Shown: one piece after another, positions 40,572 to 54,439 of the stretch
Layout: each line of letters begins with the position of its first letter
How positions within the stretch are numbered: the stretch's first letter is position 1
Source: Octopus bimaculoides
Lineage: Eukaryota
Direction of reading: 5' to 3'
DNA: 64,000 bases
NCBI RefSeq assembly: GCF_001194135.2
Contig: NC_069002.1
Location: forward strand, 15,300,978-15,364,977
Made by a program: the position numbers and the translations under genes
Notes under the pieces: model-generated
The model's input: only the letters and a program-made list of their open reading frames with translations
Database searches by the model: none
What the model was told of the DNA's origin: nothing

Positions 40572-43500
40572 TTTATATAAACATATGTTTTAGTGACAGG
40601 CTGACTAAGCTCCTTGTGTTACTTAAAGTTTTGTAGTTGTGAAATAAACACATAATCTGTTGCTTGGAAGTTTGGTTCCAAAGTGGAGAAAAATCGAGAT
40701 GACTTCTTTCTTACTGGGAGAACTTAATACCAACTGGTTAGTTTGGGTCATGTTGTTGTAATGATAATGCAGTGATAACAAGTCTAACAGTGCATCTGGA
40801 TATTAATTACCACTTAGATAATTGAATACTTAGTCCCACTTAATCTGGAGACTCCGTGGTCACAGCAATATCTTACCCAACATAAATGAAGTATAATCAA
40901 CAAGGCTCCCACCTTAGTCACCCAAGGCTTGCTATTGTTGACTCTGCCCCCTCAGAAAGGCTGCAAGGCTGCACATACTTTAACACTCAGCAGGATCCAT
41001 TTATAGAAAGTCTTACATTTCATATTATTGCCATGAAAGATATCCACCACTATGTGCTTTTAATGTATTTCAAACCAGTGATCTCCAATAATCTTGATAC
41101 ATCTCCCTAGACTATGTTTGTTATCCATATAGAGATCAAGAGTAAAGAGTAAAGACCCCCTTTATTTATGAATGACTGTGGAATTGCACCAAGAAAGTTG
41201 CCCTCCAAGCCACAAGTTCAGACAAGGTTGGTTGCTTATGGAAGACCAGCATTCGCCCATGCATACCAGCCTCCCCTCTCCATGCCATTGATGCTATCCA
41301 AGGGAAAGGCAAAGGCTGATACAGCTTGGCACCTGTGACATCACAGCTCATTTCCATAGCTGAGTGAACTGGAGCAACGTGAAATAAAATGTTTTGCCCA
41401 AGAACACAACACACATCCAGGTCTAGGAATTGAACTCACTACCTCATGATTGTGAGTCTGATGCTGTAATCACTGAGCCATGCACCTTCACTGAATAGAG
41501 ATCAGTTCCCTCAATTCCTGCATATTAATGATCCAGCTGATATATCTTCCACATCCATGCCAAATGCCACACACTGATGACTAGGCGGTATTCATCTATT
41601 GTCATTAAAATATCACTGCACCTTCCTGACTGTAACTAACCATCAGATGCTAAGCTCTCCCTCTGTAACATAGAAACCAATCCTTACCACTCCTCAAGCA
41701 GCATATCACTAATGAATCAAATACCACACCTCAATGACAAAGTGATATTAATATCCACATGGAATGTGAGACCTGTCATTGATGCTGTAGCTGCCACTGC
41801 TGTTTCACACATTGCTGCCTCTACCATTGCTGCCTCTACCATTACTGCCACCACTGCGGCTACTGCTGTTATTGGTGGATTTGCCATTGGGGTTGTTGCT
41901 CCTGGCTTTAACAACACTACCACTCTGGTTACCAGCGCCAATCACCACCTAAGCTTCATACACTATCCCTTTGTCTTTGCATCATCATCTCCTTACTGGG
42001 TAGTCATTGTATACTCTACATGAAGATCTTGCTTCTGCCTGTAGCTTAGGTGTGCTCACTAATATTTTCTTAATACTGGGTACACAACTGAAACGGGCCC
42101 TTAAGTTGTGTCTATTAAACATACATGTCTGTGAGAAGTGTCTGCCCACTAATCTACTTGATGTTAAGCAAGAAAGGCGGGGCAAACCAAATGACTTTAT
42201 GGTGGCACTTCCTTTTGTGGGTGCTAGGGCCCAACATATGGAAGATGTGGTTCGTAAACTCACTGGACGTCAGAGCCTCATTGTAATAGGGGGCTGTCGC
42301 ATTGAAAATCTCTTGATTGGAGGACAGGTACAAAATCCCCTTGCTGATACCCTTCACTCGGTTCTTGAACACAATAAGATTGTGGGAGGCAGTTGTGTTG
42401 ATGTAGGACAGCATTTCGTTTGGTTTGCTGTAGGGTTTGCTGTGTGAACAGGTGCCCTAGTCCAGCACAACAACTAAAAATTTGACAGTAGTAAGATTGG
42501 TGTCAGTTATAATCTTGAGTCCATTGGAACTAAAGGTACATCAAACCAGCCTCCAGCTGTAGAAAATCTGACTCTTGCTACATGTTGAAGTGAATGTTAA
42601 AATGATGCTGATGATGTTGATGCTGCTGCTTCTGATGATGATGATATATGTAAAGTAGATTTCTCACAAGCAATATTCTGTCTTTGAAGACATCAACATG
42701 TTTAGCACAAATCGTATTGTAAATGTTAAATAATAATTTAAAAGTTGATAAATGCAAAGTCAATAGCAAAAATGTATACTTACAGAATAGGGAAGAGACT
42801 TGTGCTTATAGAAAATAAACTCCCCTTCTAGGTGGTTGTTATAGATTCTAGAATAAATCAAAATCAAAGAAAACAAAATTATCATCCCTCTACAAATAAC
42901 AACACATCCATCCATCAGTATGTATGTATGTATGTATGTATGTAAGCATGTATGTGTATGTATGTTTGCATGTACAGACATTTTGCAGAGGGGAAACGTT
43001 ATCGGCATAAACCTAAAAAAAGGTTTAAGGATGGCATAAGGACTGCTATGAAGTCAATTGGAATGGCTCCAAAAGATATAGAAGTCCTCGCTTCAGATCG
43101 AGTTGGATGGCAAACAAGGGTGTGGAGTGGAGTGAAAGCATTTGAAGACTGAGAAGGTGAATGACAAGGACCTTTTTGTGTGCACAGTCTGTGACAGACC
43201 TTGTGTGTCCTTGGCTGGCCTCAAATCTCACCTGCGAACCCATGGAAAACAAACCTCTTCCAGCTATTCTGATTATATGTCTGTGCACACGTTTGAATGT
43301 GGTGTGTGCCAGAGGGTTTGCAAATCCAATGGGGGTCTTAAAAGACATGTTAGGATCCACAATGAGCAGAACTTACTTGCAGGTATTGGTAGTGCAAATC
43401 AGAGGTGCAATCTGTGTGGGTGTTTTTTCAAAACACTGTCTGGTTTAAAAAGCCACATCAGACGCCATGAAAGGGCTAAGGTGTAGGTGCAGGAGGTGGT

Positions 43501-46500
43501 CAAACTCTGTTTAAGGAGTAGACAACCACCATGTATGTATGTATGTATGCTTGTACATATGTACATATCTACATACGTATGTATGTACAAGATGGATGAT
43601 CTGTTGAGTGATAATGTTGCAACAGGTATGTACATGATAATAATGTTGATTACAACTGGTTAATACAGAAACCAAGGTTTATTACATAGTAACAATCAGA
43701 CAGCTGCTTAGAGTTAAATAGCGGGGTGGGGGTGGGGGGTGTTGGTCATAAAAAAATTCTGCAAATTCAAGGATCCATTTACCTTCCATCAAATGTTGAA
43801 ATTTGGGCTTGATTCAGGGACATACAAATACTAGATTTCTCATTGTCAATAGTTGTTATCTGCAAAGAAATGGTAAAGACTTTCTCAAAATATCCTAATA
43901 CTCTTACTAGCATCAAAACAAATAAAATTTTTAAAAATTCATTACAATGTAGGAAGTAGAACTATTGATGGTTTTAGAATAATCGAGGTTTTCATCTGGC
44001 AATTACAGAACAACCAGTACTTCCCAAATAATTCAGTTGGACATGAAACAAACCCATTCACTTTTATATAAGAAATAAAAGACATAAATGTATTATTTCA
44101 AAACAGTTTTAATTTCAAACTTACATTTGTGAAAGCTGACATGTATGGCTGTTGTGTGTGTTCAGCCTTAGCACTGACAGTTACTTTGGTGATTGTATTG
44201 CCATCAATATAACCATCAGCTATGCCATACACTGGGATCATTTGGTCTTGCTGCCAGTTTTCTTTAGTCAATGAAATATTACACAATGTTTCTACTGATG
44301 TCATATGGGCGCCAAAAGCTATTTGTGAAAGAAATTTTTGGTTTGTACACTTAACGCCCATCTCTTCAGAACTGACCTTGAAGGTCACAGGGCAGTTGCG
44401 AGGTTTTTGAGCCTTCATACATACTAAATGTGGTGGCACATTGCATTTAAAACGAAGATCTTTTGCTTTTTCTCCTTCCACAACAACGATTGGTTCCTCA
44501 TTGGTAATCTGCAATTAAAGGAAATATTATTAACCCATTGGTATTGAAACTGGCCATATCTAGCCCAAATATTTTACCTATTTTTCTTTCAAACTGGCCA
44601 GATCTGGCCTTTCATACCTATGCTACAATGTTGTTTTAAAAGTAAACAATCACACCATCAAGATTTTGAAGCTAAGAGATAATGCATGATTAATTCAAAA
44701 CAATGTGAATAAATAAGCATTACATTGGATAGAGTAATCTGAACATGAAAGGGTTAAATATGAGAATATCTACATTTAATTCAGTTTTTCGTTTTGTGTG
44801 TGGTGGTGGTGGTGTTTTGTTGTTTTTAGTTTTTGAAATAACTCAGGTGATTTATAAAAACTTCTACTTAATTCCAATCACTGAAGTGATGCAGGAAATG
44901 TGACTGCTGCTGATATTAACTTTTTAAAAGGAATGATGTCATCAGTATATAATGGTAATTCACTCAGATACAGAAGTAATTCATCATCATGACCCTCATC
45001 TAGCATCTGCTTTCCATGCTGGCATGGGTTATACTGCTCGACTGAAACTGGTAACATGGAGAGCTGCACCAAATTTCAAACTGATTTGGCATAGTAAACC
45101 ATATTGGGTTATAGAAACACAGTTGACTACACAGTTTTCAGGCCATAATTCAAGAGAGATATAAACATTTTTATTATATTCCATCACCATGTCCACATGG
45201 GCATTCGATTCAATAACAGAAATTGAGAGGAAACATTAGTTAATTGTACGACATGGCCACATTTGCGGTGAAGAAGTTTAATATCCATGAACTGGGTCTA
45301 TGAGGTGGGAATTCTACAGGTAAATCAGCCAGGGGCCTGAAGAACCGAAAAGACGTCCAGAACTATTTGCCAAGCCCATTCTTAACAGAAATGAAGAAAA
45401 AAAAAAGAAAAATACACAGTATATACTGAGATGACTGTTTTTTTTTTTTTTCTTAACCTTTATTATATTTCAAAAGAGATTTATGTAGAACTAGTGCTCA
45501 CAGTTATAAGAGAGTGAATTCAATTCCAGGGCCAGGCTATGTGTTGCGTTCTTGAGCAAGACACTTTATTTCATGTTTCTCCAGTTCACTCAGCTGTAGA
45601 AATGAGTTGCAACATCATTGGTGCGAGGGTCTAACGCTCTTTGCCTTTCCCTTAGATATCATCGGTGTCAAGGAGAGAGGAGGCTGGTCTTCCATAAACA
45701 ACCTTGCCTAGACTTGTACCTCAGAGGGCAACTTTCTAGGTGCAATCCCATGGTCAGTCATGACTGAAGGGGGTCTTTACCCTTTACCCTTACCTAGAAC
45801 TAATTCTACAGAATAATATAAATTCTAAACTATAATATTATATAATACCAGTATGTCATAAATTATTGGTGGGGAAGATACAGAAGTTTAAAAGTAGCTT
45901 ATGATTACCTGAACTTGTGGTTGAAATGCACGACTGTTGGTTTGGAGGCTGGTTGTGCTTGCACAGTTTGATGCATAGCAAGCAGTCAGGGTACAACGGA
46001 ACTGGAAGCAGATTTATGAACAATCAAAGAAAGAAAATAGCTATTCAAAATAATAGAAATAAGAATAAATAAAAGGTTTTTAAAATATACAGAAACATAC
46101 ATGAACACACACACACACACACACACACAGAGTTGATAAAGGAAACAGAAGATAGATTTAGTACAAATCTTTATTTAGCACAATGATCTCGTTTTGACCC
46201 ATCCTGCATTTAGCACTAAAATTTCCACAATATCCACACTTTCCATGTAAACCTACAGGTGTTCAAGGTGAACATCAAATGCATTATTGTCATCACTTCA
46301 GGATGAGATACAAACATCCTGATCATTGACCCCCTCTTCTTTGCAGCAAAATTTATATGTTTGACCTTTACCTTTTCAATTTTCATTCTCCTAAAATACA
46401 GTGTATAGAAATAGTGAAAAACATAAGAGACAATATATTAAGAAATTCTGAATGTTTAAGAAATTGTCATACATAATTTGAAAAGATATTTTCTTCAGTA

Positions 46501-49500
46501 ACTTCTTTTGTAGCCAGTTGTGGAATTTGTACAAACGCTGATTTTGATAAAGGTACATCTTTCCAGTATGCGCTAAAGTTGTAGAGAATTCCAGGGACTT
46601 CAACAACATTCGGTTTGCAGTGTAGTATCATCTTTTTTTCAGATATGTATTCCAGTTCTATTAAAGGGGATGGAATGTTCTTTACAGGAATGAGATCTAA
46701 AAAGAAGAATAGAAAAGAGAATAAAATAGTAATTTATAACCACAAAATAACATTACTAATAATATTGACAATAACATCATCATCATTGTTTAACGTCCGC
46801 TTTCCATGCTGGCATGGGTTGGACAGTTTGACTGAGGACTGGCAAGCGAGGAGGATGCATCAGGCTCCAATCTGATCTGGCAAGGTTTCTACAGCTGGAT
46901 GCCCTTCTTAACGACAACCACTCCGAGAGTGTAGTGGGTGCTTTTTACATGCAACTGGCTTGGGTGCCAGTCAGGCAGCACTGGAATCAACCATGCTCAA
47001 ATGATGCTTTTTACATGCCACCAGCATTGGAGCCAGTCAGATGACACTGGCTTTGACCACACTCAAATGGTGCTTTTTATGTGCCACCAGCATGGGAACC
47101 ACAATTCTTTCTAATTCAGACACAATGCACGAAGTTTTGAGTAAGGTAAATTGTTAACTGTAGAAATTCTAGAACTTGACTGGCATTTTATTGATCCCAG
47201 AGTTGAAAGGCAAAGTTGGACTTGGTAAGGTTTGATCTCAGAGCATAAAGAACTGAATACAATATTACAACAACTTCACCCACTACACTTTCTGAATGGT
47301 TGGCATTAGGAAGGGCATCCAGCTGTAGAAACTCTGCCAGATCAGATTGGAGCCTGGTGCAGCCATCTGGTTCACCAGTCCTCAGTCAAATCATCCAACC
47401 CATGCTAGCATGGAAAGCGGACGTTAAACAATGATGATGAGGATGATGATGAGAGTAAAACTATACAGATGAAGAATGAAAAGTAAATATTTTGGGAGAA
47501 AAATATTTAAACTTCCTTTCAACAACAAGACACTATATTATTGACAGCAAATAGAATACCTGGTTGTATTAATCCAACACTCTATACTTTGATTTCAAAT
47601 CTCTCTGAAGTCAACACACTATAACATAGGTTCAAGTGAGGCCCACATTAGTGTACTGTTGTTACATTCTCTGACATTCAGGACCACATCCAGAGAAGAG
47701 CCACTCAGCTGAGTGGCACTCCAGTCTCTGACCCATAAGTGCACTGCTGTCCCATCTTTTTTACTACTACTGTAATGGTTTTTCTGCTCTTCAGAGCTGG
47801 TTGGTTCCATACCTTGACCACTCAGGCACTGTTGTCCCTTTTGCCTCTCCATATCTTAGCACATTTGTTGCATCTAACCACTTTCTTCACACTATCCACC
47901 AAGTCTAATCCTTCACCCGCAAAATGTCACTCCTCTAGAATCACTGCTCATGTCTTTTCAGCAGGAGTTGACCCACAACAGTTTAACAGGAACATTAACA
48001 ACACCAACCTCATCAATCGTGGAAGGCCTGCAAGGATCACAGGTTCTGGCCCTTCTTTCACACTCGGCAAGTAAAATGAAAAAGGGGAAATATATGGATC
48101 TGTGGGTAAAGGACTGGAAACTAACCCAACTAAGTTCAGTACAGTGTAACATGAAAAACTTATTAAGACGAAAGATCTCAGTCTGAAAGAAATCTGACAG
48201 AGGTGTTAGGAGACTATTGAATGTCTGTATATACCTTAAGTAAAGTAGGTAGGGGATTAATGAGTAGAGGGAAGCAACATGAGAAGGCAGTCATTAACTC
48301 ATTACCTACCAGTGATCTCATATGAGATTACTTAAAAATTACAAATTTCGTAATTATCTGTCGATATTTACACATATCTAACCTTTTTGCTATATCTACT
48401 AGGTATATTTCTCTGATATTCAAATGAGGTTTGCTAATTTTTCACCCAATATCTCGCTTATTTCTATTTAAAATGTTATTTTGAAATATTTTGATCATTC
48501 CAGCGTGTTTCTAAGGCTGTTTTATGCTAGAAATCAAAGTTTCATAAAAAAATTCCAGTTAATAGATTTATGGGAGGTAATGGGTTAATATCTCCACAAC
48601 CTTCCCAACTCACAATTTGTTAAGTCCAGTTCTTTGATTTCCATTGTCAATACAATATCATGTTAATCTGTTGTTGATGCTATTGTTTTTAGTCTCATCA
48701 ATCCTGATTGAGAAGTCAAACCAAAACATCCAAACTGTAATCAAACCACATTTTCATTTCCTAGCAGTGCACACCCAGTGCATCCCTTCCCAGTTTACAT
48801 TGTTAGATTGTGATTTGAAAAGTATTAGGCTGCTATTTCTAGCAGGTTGTGTTATCATGCAAAATCTCAATTGTTGGCTCTTATATTGTTGACTTGTACA
48901 AAATAAGTGTTGATTTCAACGTTGGTTTCCATTAGTGTGATAACATTCTAACTGGCATAGTCACTGAGTGCAGAATAACATGATAAAGATTTGCGGGGGT
49001 TATTTTATGACCTGTCATAGGTGCTAAATTGTATACATCATCTACAAGTATATGTAAACACTTGTAGACAGGTACACAGTAACTTGTCATAGTTATTAGA
49101 ACATCAGATAAATTATTTTCATGTATTGATTTTGGTTCTCTGTATTTTTTTTAGTTCAAACCTCACTGAAATCTCTTTTAGTTGTCATACTTTCAGGAAT
49201 AATAAATAATATTAGTCTGGTACAGAGATTGATTCTTCTAGCTCTTTATCTTGAACATATATTTTAAAGGGCCACACTAATTTGGTCCAAGAATTGTGTC
49301 AAAGGTACCTGTGTCCATGAAATACTCAGCCACAGGCACATTCTTTTCAGGAGAAGAAATTCAGTTGATCAGAAAACTGAATGTTCATTGCTGAAACCAA
49401 CAATTACTCCATCATCATTTAAACTTATATTAGCTTAGCCCACTCAGCTATAAGTACTGAGGATAATAGAAAACATATCTCTGGTGTAGCCAACCACAGA

Positions 49501-52500
49501 CTGGATGGTTTGTATCCAGTTGGGAAAGTTCATTTGATTTCTTACTTTGTCACAAAACAGTAAATCATCAGTGTAGTTAGAATGTAGGAGAAAATAGTTT
49601 TTAATGCCTGTGCCAACTCTCTCATGTCTAAAACTCAAATGCCACTGAAGTTAACTTTGTCATTCTTTCAAAGTTGGTAGAAGTAGCTGTTGGGAGCAGA
49701 GGATTAACAGAATTGGTAGGGTGTCAGATCAAATTCCTGGTAGTACTTGATCCAGCTCTTTGAAGTCTGAGTTTTTAAGTGATTGACTTAACCAAGTTTA
49801 ACATCCCCACTTGGCCCTTGCTTGTCTTTATTGGGGTATACAATCTATTGTAAGTATTCAGTATTGTGAGCTGGTTCTTTTCTTTTGCTCATCAGTCTTG
49901 AAGGCTCCAAAGAAGTAAAAGTTCACAGCTTCTGTTCTCTTCTAAACAAAACAATAAAAGCAATTTTTGAAAGAGAAGCTGTCAGTTGAACTGACCACAA
50001 GTGTTGAGCTCGCAATCATGAGGTAGTGAGTTCGATTGCCGGATTGGGCTGTGTGTTGTGTTCTCGAGCAAAACACTTTATTTCATGTTGCTCCAGTTCA
50101 CTCATCTGTAGAAATGAGTTGTGGCATCATTGGTGCCAAGCTGTATTGGCCTTTGCCTCAAATAACATCAGTGGTGTTGAAAAGGGAAACCGGTATGCTT
50201 GGGTGACTGCTGGTCTTCCATAAGTCACCTTGCCTGGACTTGTGCTTTGGAGGGGAAGTTTCTAGGTGCAATTCCATGGTTATTCATGACCAAAGGGGGT
50301 CTTTATCCTACCCAGGTACATATGTCACCAGTTCCATGAATAATTTAAGAGGAAGTCAACCTGTATTTAACCTAATGTTACTAACAGCTGGATAACTTTT
50401 GGGATACGTCTCAAATAAAGAAGCTGTTATCCCCAAGTATTTAAAGTCAAACAATATCTTCTAACATTTCTGATAACTTGCACATTTGAGCATTTGATAG
50501 ATATTAAAGATAAATAGCATTAATTTGTAATCGAAATTCTGCAGAGTCTGTGTTTGCCTTACCTTTTGTTTCTGAAGCTGTTAAGTTAAAACGAAAGCAT
50601 GGTTTTGTTTCAAAATCAACAACTATGATTCTAATTCGTCTGGCAAGAATATTCCCAAAATTGATTTCTGCTGAACCATTTTTTGCTTCAAGTTTTACCT
50701 AGAAAACACACAGACGCCATCAAAATCACATTCAACTTATTAAAATACAAAACATGAAGAAACAAATCAAAATATTACTGGAACACATTAACAAATCATT
50801 GAAAGCAATTAGAGTGGCACTGAAACTCTGTTAAAATCTCATTAATATCACTAAATAAAAACTTGAAATATCATGGCAACAGTTAAGCGATCAGTGGACC
50901 AAATGAAATATCCTTTGTAGAAAATTAGTTATGTGCAGCTTGAGAAGAAAAAGTTTAACAACTTTCTCAAGAAACATAAGGTGTTCAGGTGGTACTCCTA
51001 CAAAACTAACATTTATAAGTACATAGGTGACATTTCAATAACCAAAGTATTCTTTTTTGAAAATTTAAAAAAAAATGTAAAAAATGTTTCTATTTATTAG
51101 TGACTATTTTTTATCAATAGAATTATTAAAAATAGCACAATTTGACAGGTAAACCTTCCTCAACTTCTACAACAATCTTATGTTATCACTACTTACATTG
51201 TAACTATTTTTTTGCCACTGGCTTTTATTAGAATTCTGTTTTTGTCAAATGGTTATATTTCTTTTTATTTCAGTTAGAAATAAACCATACAAACTGTCCT
51301 ACATTTATAATTTTATTGCTTTCACACCTTCACAACAAATAAGTTTTCTACTGACATTGCAAATGATCCTCACTGTTTGTTTGCTTCTTCTTTTTGTTGT
51401 TTTCTTTTGAATACAAATGTGCTATTTATTCAATTATTTACTTTAAGAATGTTGTTCAAATCCTACCAAGAATACAATGACATACAAACTACCTTGTTCT
51501 TTTTACATTTTGCCTCAACATTCCACTGAAATCAGGATTGTCTTTATTCTATTTTATATTATTTTATTTCCCGTGCAGGTGGCACGTAAAAAACACCTTT
51601 TTGAGCGTGGTCATTGCCAGTACCGTGTAACTGGCCCTCGTACCGGTGGCACGTAAAAGCACCCACTACACTCTCGGAGTGGTTGGCATTAGGAAGGGCA
51701 TCCAGCTGTAGAAACTCTGTCAGATCAGATTGGAGCCTGGTGCAGCCTTCTGGTTCGCCAGTCCTCAGTCAAATCGTCCAACCCATGCTAGCATGGAAAG
51801 CGGACGTTAAACGATGATGATGATGAATATGTCAACCTACAGAAATATTCTGGGACAATATAAGGAGTTATGACCCACCCTGTGTAACAATGTTACAGAT
51901 TAAGGAATAAAGTAACAGAGAGAGAGAGAGAGGAATCATTCCCAGAACAAGTACTTTATTTATTGTCCCTGCATTAGCAACAAGTAAGATTGACCTTGGT
52001 AGGATTTGAACTGATAGATAACCCAAGCAGGCTTGCATAACTGTGACAGTTTCAATGAATCAGTGAGACTGCCAAAAGCCTCTCCCCACCTACACACCTA
52101 CAACCTGGTATTAATGAAATACCGATCAATATTTCTGTGAATACGTACACAGTGGGACACATGCACAGGATGGACAACAGCAGACTTTCCAGACAACCTC
52201 CTTTACTCCAAACTAAGCAAAGGGAAAAGAAACCACGGAAGACCTAGACTGAGATTCAAACATACTGCAAAACGGAATATGAAACAGGAAGGAATTGATC
52301 ATAATAAATGGCAAACTCAAGTAAGAAACTGACCAGAATGGAAAGAGCTTATCAAGTCATGCCAAAGCCATGAACAGTTATTGTCGCAATGACCGACTAC
52401 TTAGTCATGGTGACTGATTCACAATTATCTTTTCTAGTATCTTAGTCTTATTACACTCTCAGAATGAATGACTATAACGTTATTTCATGGTTGCAAGATT

Positions 52501-54349
52501 TTTATATAGCCCTCCTGCTATGTATTTATTGTGATTCAATCCCACTTTTTAAACATTCTCTGTTCTCTGTTTCTTAACAGGAAAGCTCTCTGTGGAATTC
52601 CAAATGAATGCAACAGTCTTGTATAGCTTGGTATTATGTCATTGTTGTAGGCATAGATACATATATGGGCAAATACAATCAATTAACCCTTTCCCTCAAG
52701 TTTATGCCTTTTATATTAAGTGTGTGTGTGTGTACAATAACATAGCTAGAATATGTGCTGCCCAGGGCAACTCTTGAGTTTTTTTTCCCAATCTGAGACA
52801 ATGCAGCCCATACAGACTAACACAGCAGACCAAGAAGTGCCACCCCGACAAAGTTGTTACCTGAGGCGGACAGCATCCCATTGCCACCCACTTCTACTAA
52901 CTATGCTACTGTGTATGTATGTATGTATGCATTATGTATGTATGCCTGTATGTATGTGTGTGTATGTATGCCTGTATGCATGTATGCATGCCTGTATGTA
53001 TGTATGCGTGTATGTATGTATGTATACCTGTATGTATGTATGTATGCCTGTATGTATGCCTGTATGTATGTATGTATGTATTACGGGGTGCAGACGGTAT
53101 TTGAGGACACGTGTATTTTAGTCATTATTTTATTTGACTAATTTTTATTGAACTTCTATTTCAGAAAATAACAATGGCAGGCCCTATGCTTACCAATGAA
53201 ATGAAAAGGTAAGCTGTGATTGTGGCTTTGAAGGCTAAGCATGGTGACTTAGAAATTGCTCATTTTCCGAAAGTTGCAAGATCTTTTGTCCACAAGATTC
53301 GTTGCGAGTTAGAGAAACAAGATGGAAGCGTATTACCTGTATAAAAATGTGAGAAAGATTCCAAATGCTCTGATTCTATCAGGACACCTGAATTTATTTA
53401 GGAAGTTAAGCAAAACATTGAAGACAATCCAGGAAAATCAATGAGATCAATTGCTAAAAAAATTTGTGTGTCAGAAAAACAATCAGAAATTTTGTGGATG
53501 AAAACATCAGATACAAATCTTACGTGATGAGGAGGGGTCAATTCATGCCAGAAAAAAACTAAAGAAAACTGTTTAATCAGACCCAAAAGACTTTTGAACA
53601 AACTTAAAAATCCATCAGAAGATGGTGTGATTTAGTTTTTCTCAGATGAGAAAAACTTTGACTAGGGCCAGAAAACTAACAGAAAAATGGCAGATGGCTA
53701 TATGGAGACCCTTCTGAGATTCCAAGAGTAATGCACACAAAATTTTTTGCAAGTGTCTTGGTTTTGGGTGTCATTAGCAATGAAGGATATGTGATGCCTC
53801 CTCACTTTTTTTCACAAGGCCTTATGGTGAAAGCTGCTGTGTATATCGAGGTTCTGGATAAAGTCGTTAAGCCTTAGATCAACAGTGTATGCAATGGAAG
53901 GCCTTACGCCTTTCAACAAGATTCTGCACTATCACACAAGTTTCAAATGACACAAGAATGGATGGCTGACAATTTGCATGATTACATCACCCCCAACATT
54001 TGTTCTCCTAATTCTCCAGATCTCAGTCTACTGGATTACTATGTATGGAGCATCGTTGAGAAAAATGTCAACGGACATCCCCGCTTAGCATCAAAGATTC
54101 TTTGAAAGCCGACATAGTTCAAGTCATGTCCAATATGAACAAGGACCACTTGTAAATGATTTCGACCCAGTGTAGGGGCAGTTATTGATGCTTATGTTGG
54201 TTTTATTGAATGAAATTATTAAATTGATGATCTAGCTTTATGTTTATATCATTTTCATATAAATACAGTTTCTTTTCTATTATTATCTAAGTGTTATTTT
54301 AAAACCATAAATCTGTCCTCAAATACCATTTGCAGCCTGTATGTATGTA

Positions 54350-54439
<90 letters not shown>

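Noticed and set aside
46362-46380. 19-nt AG/GT-bounded candidate microexon after exon 3
   Set aside because: Stop codon in the required phase; the 93-nt exon at 45909-46001 already fills the paralogous position.
47620-48190. Several overlapping ORFs with a CxxC (ARTCDPC), possibly a retroelement remnant
   Set aside because: No diagnostic RT, integrase or gag motifs could be identified by eye.
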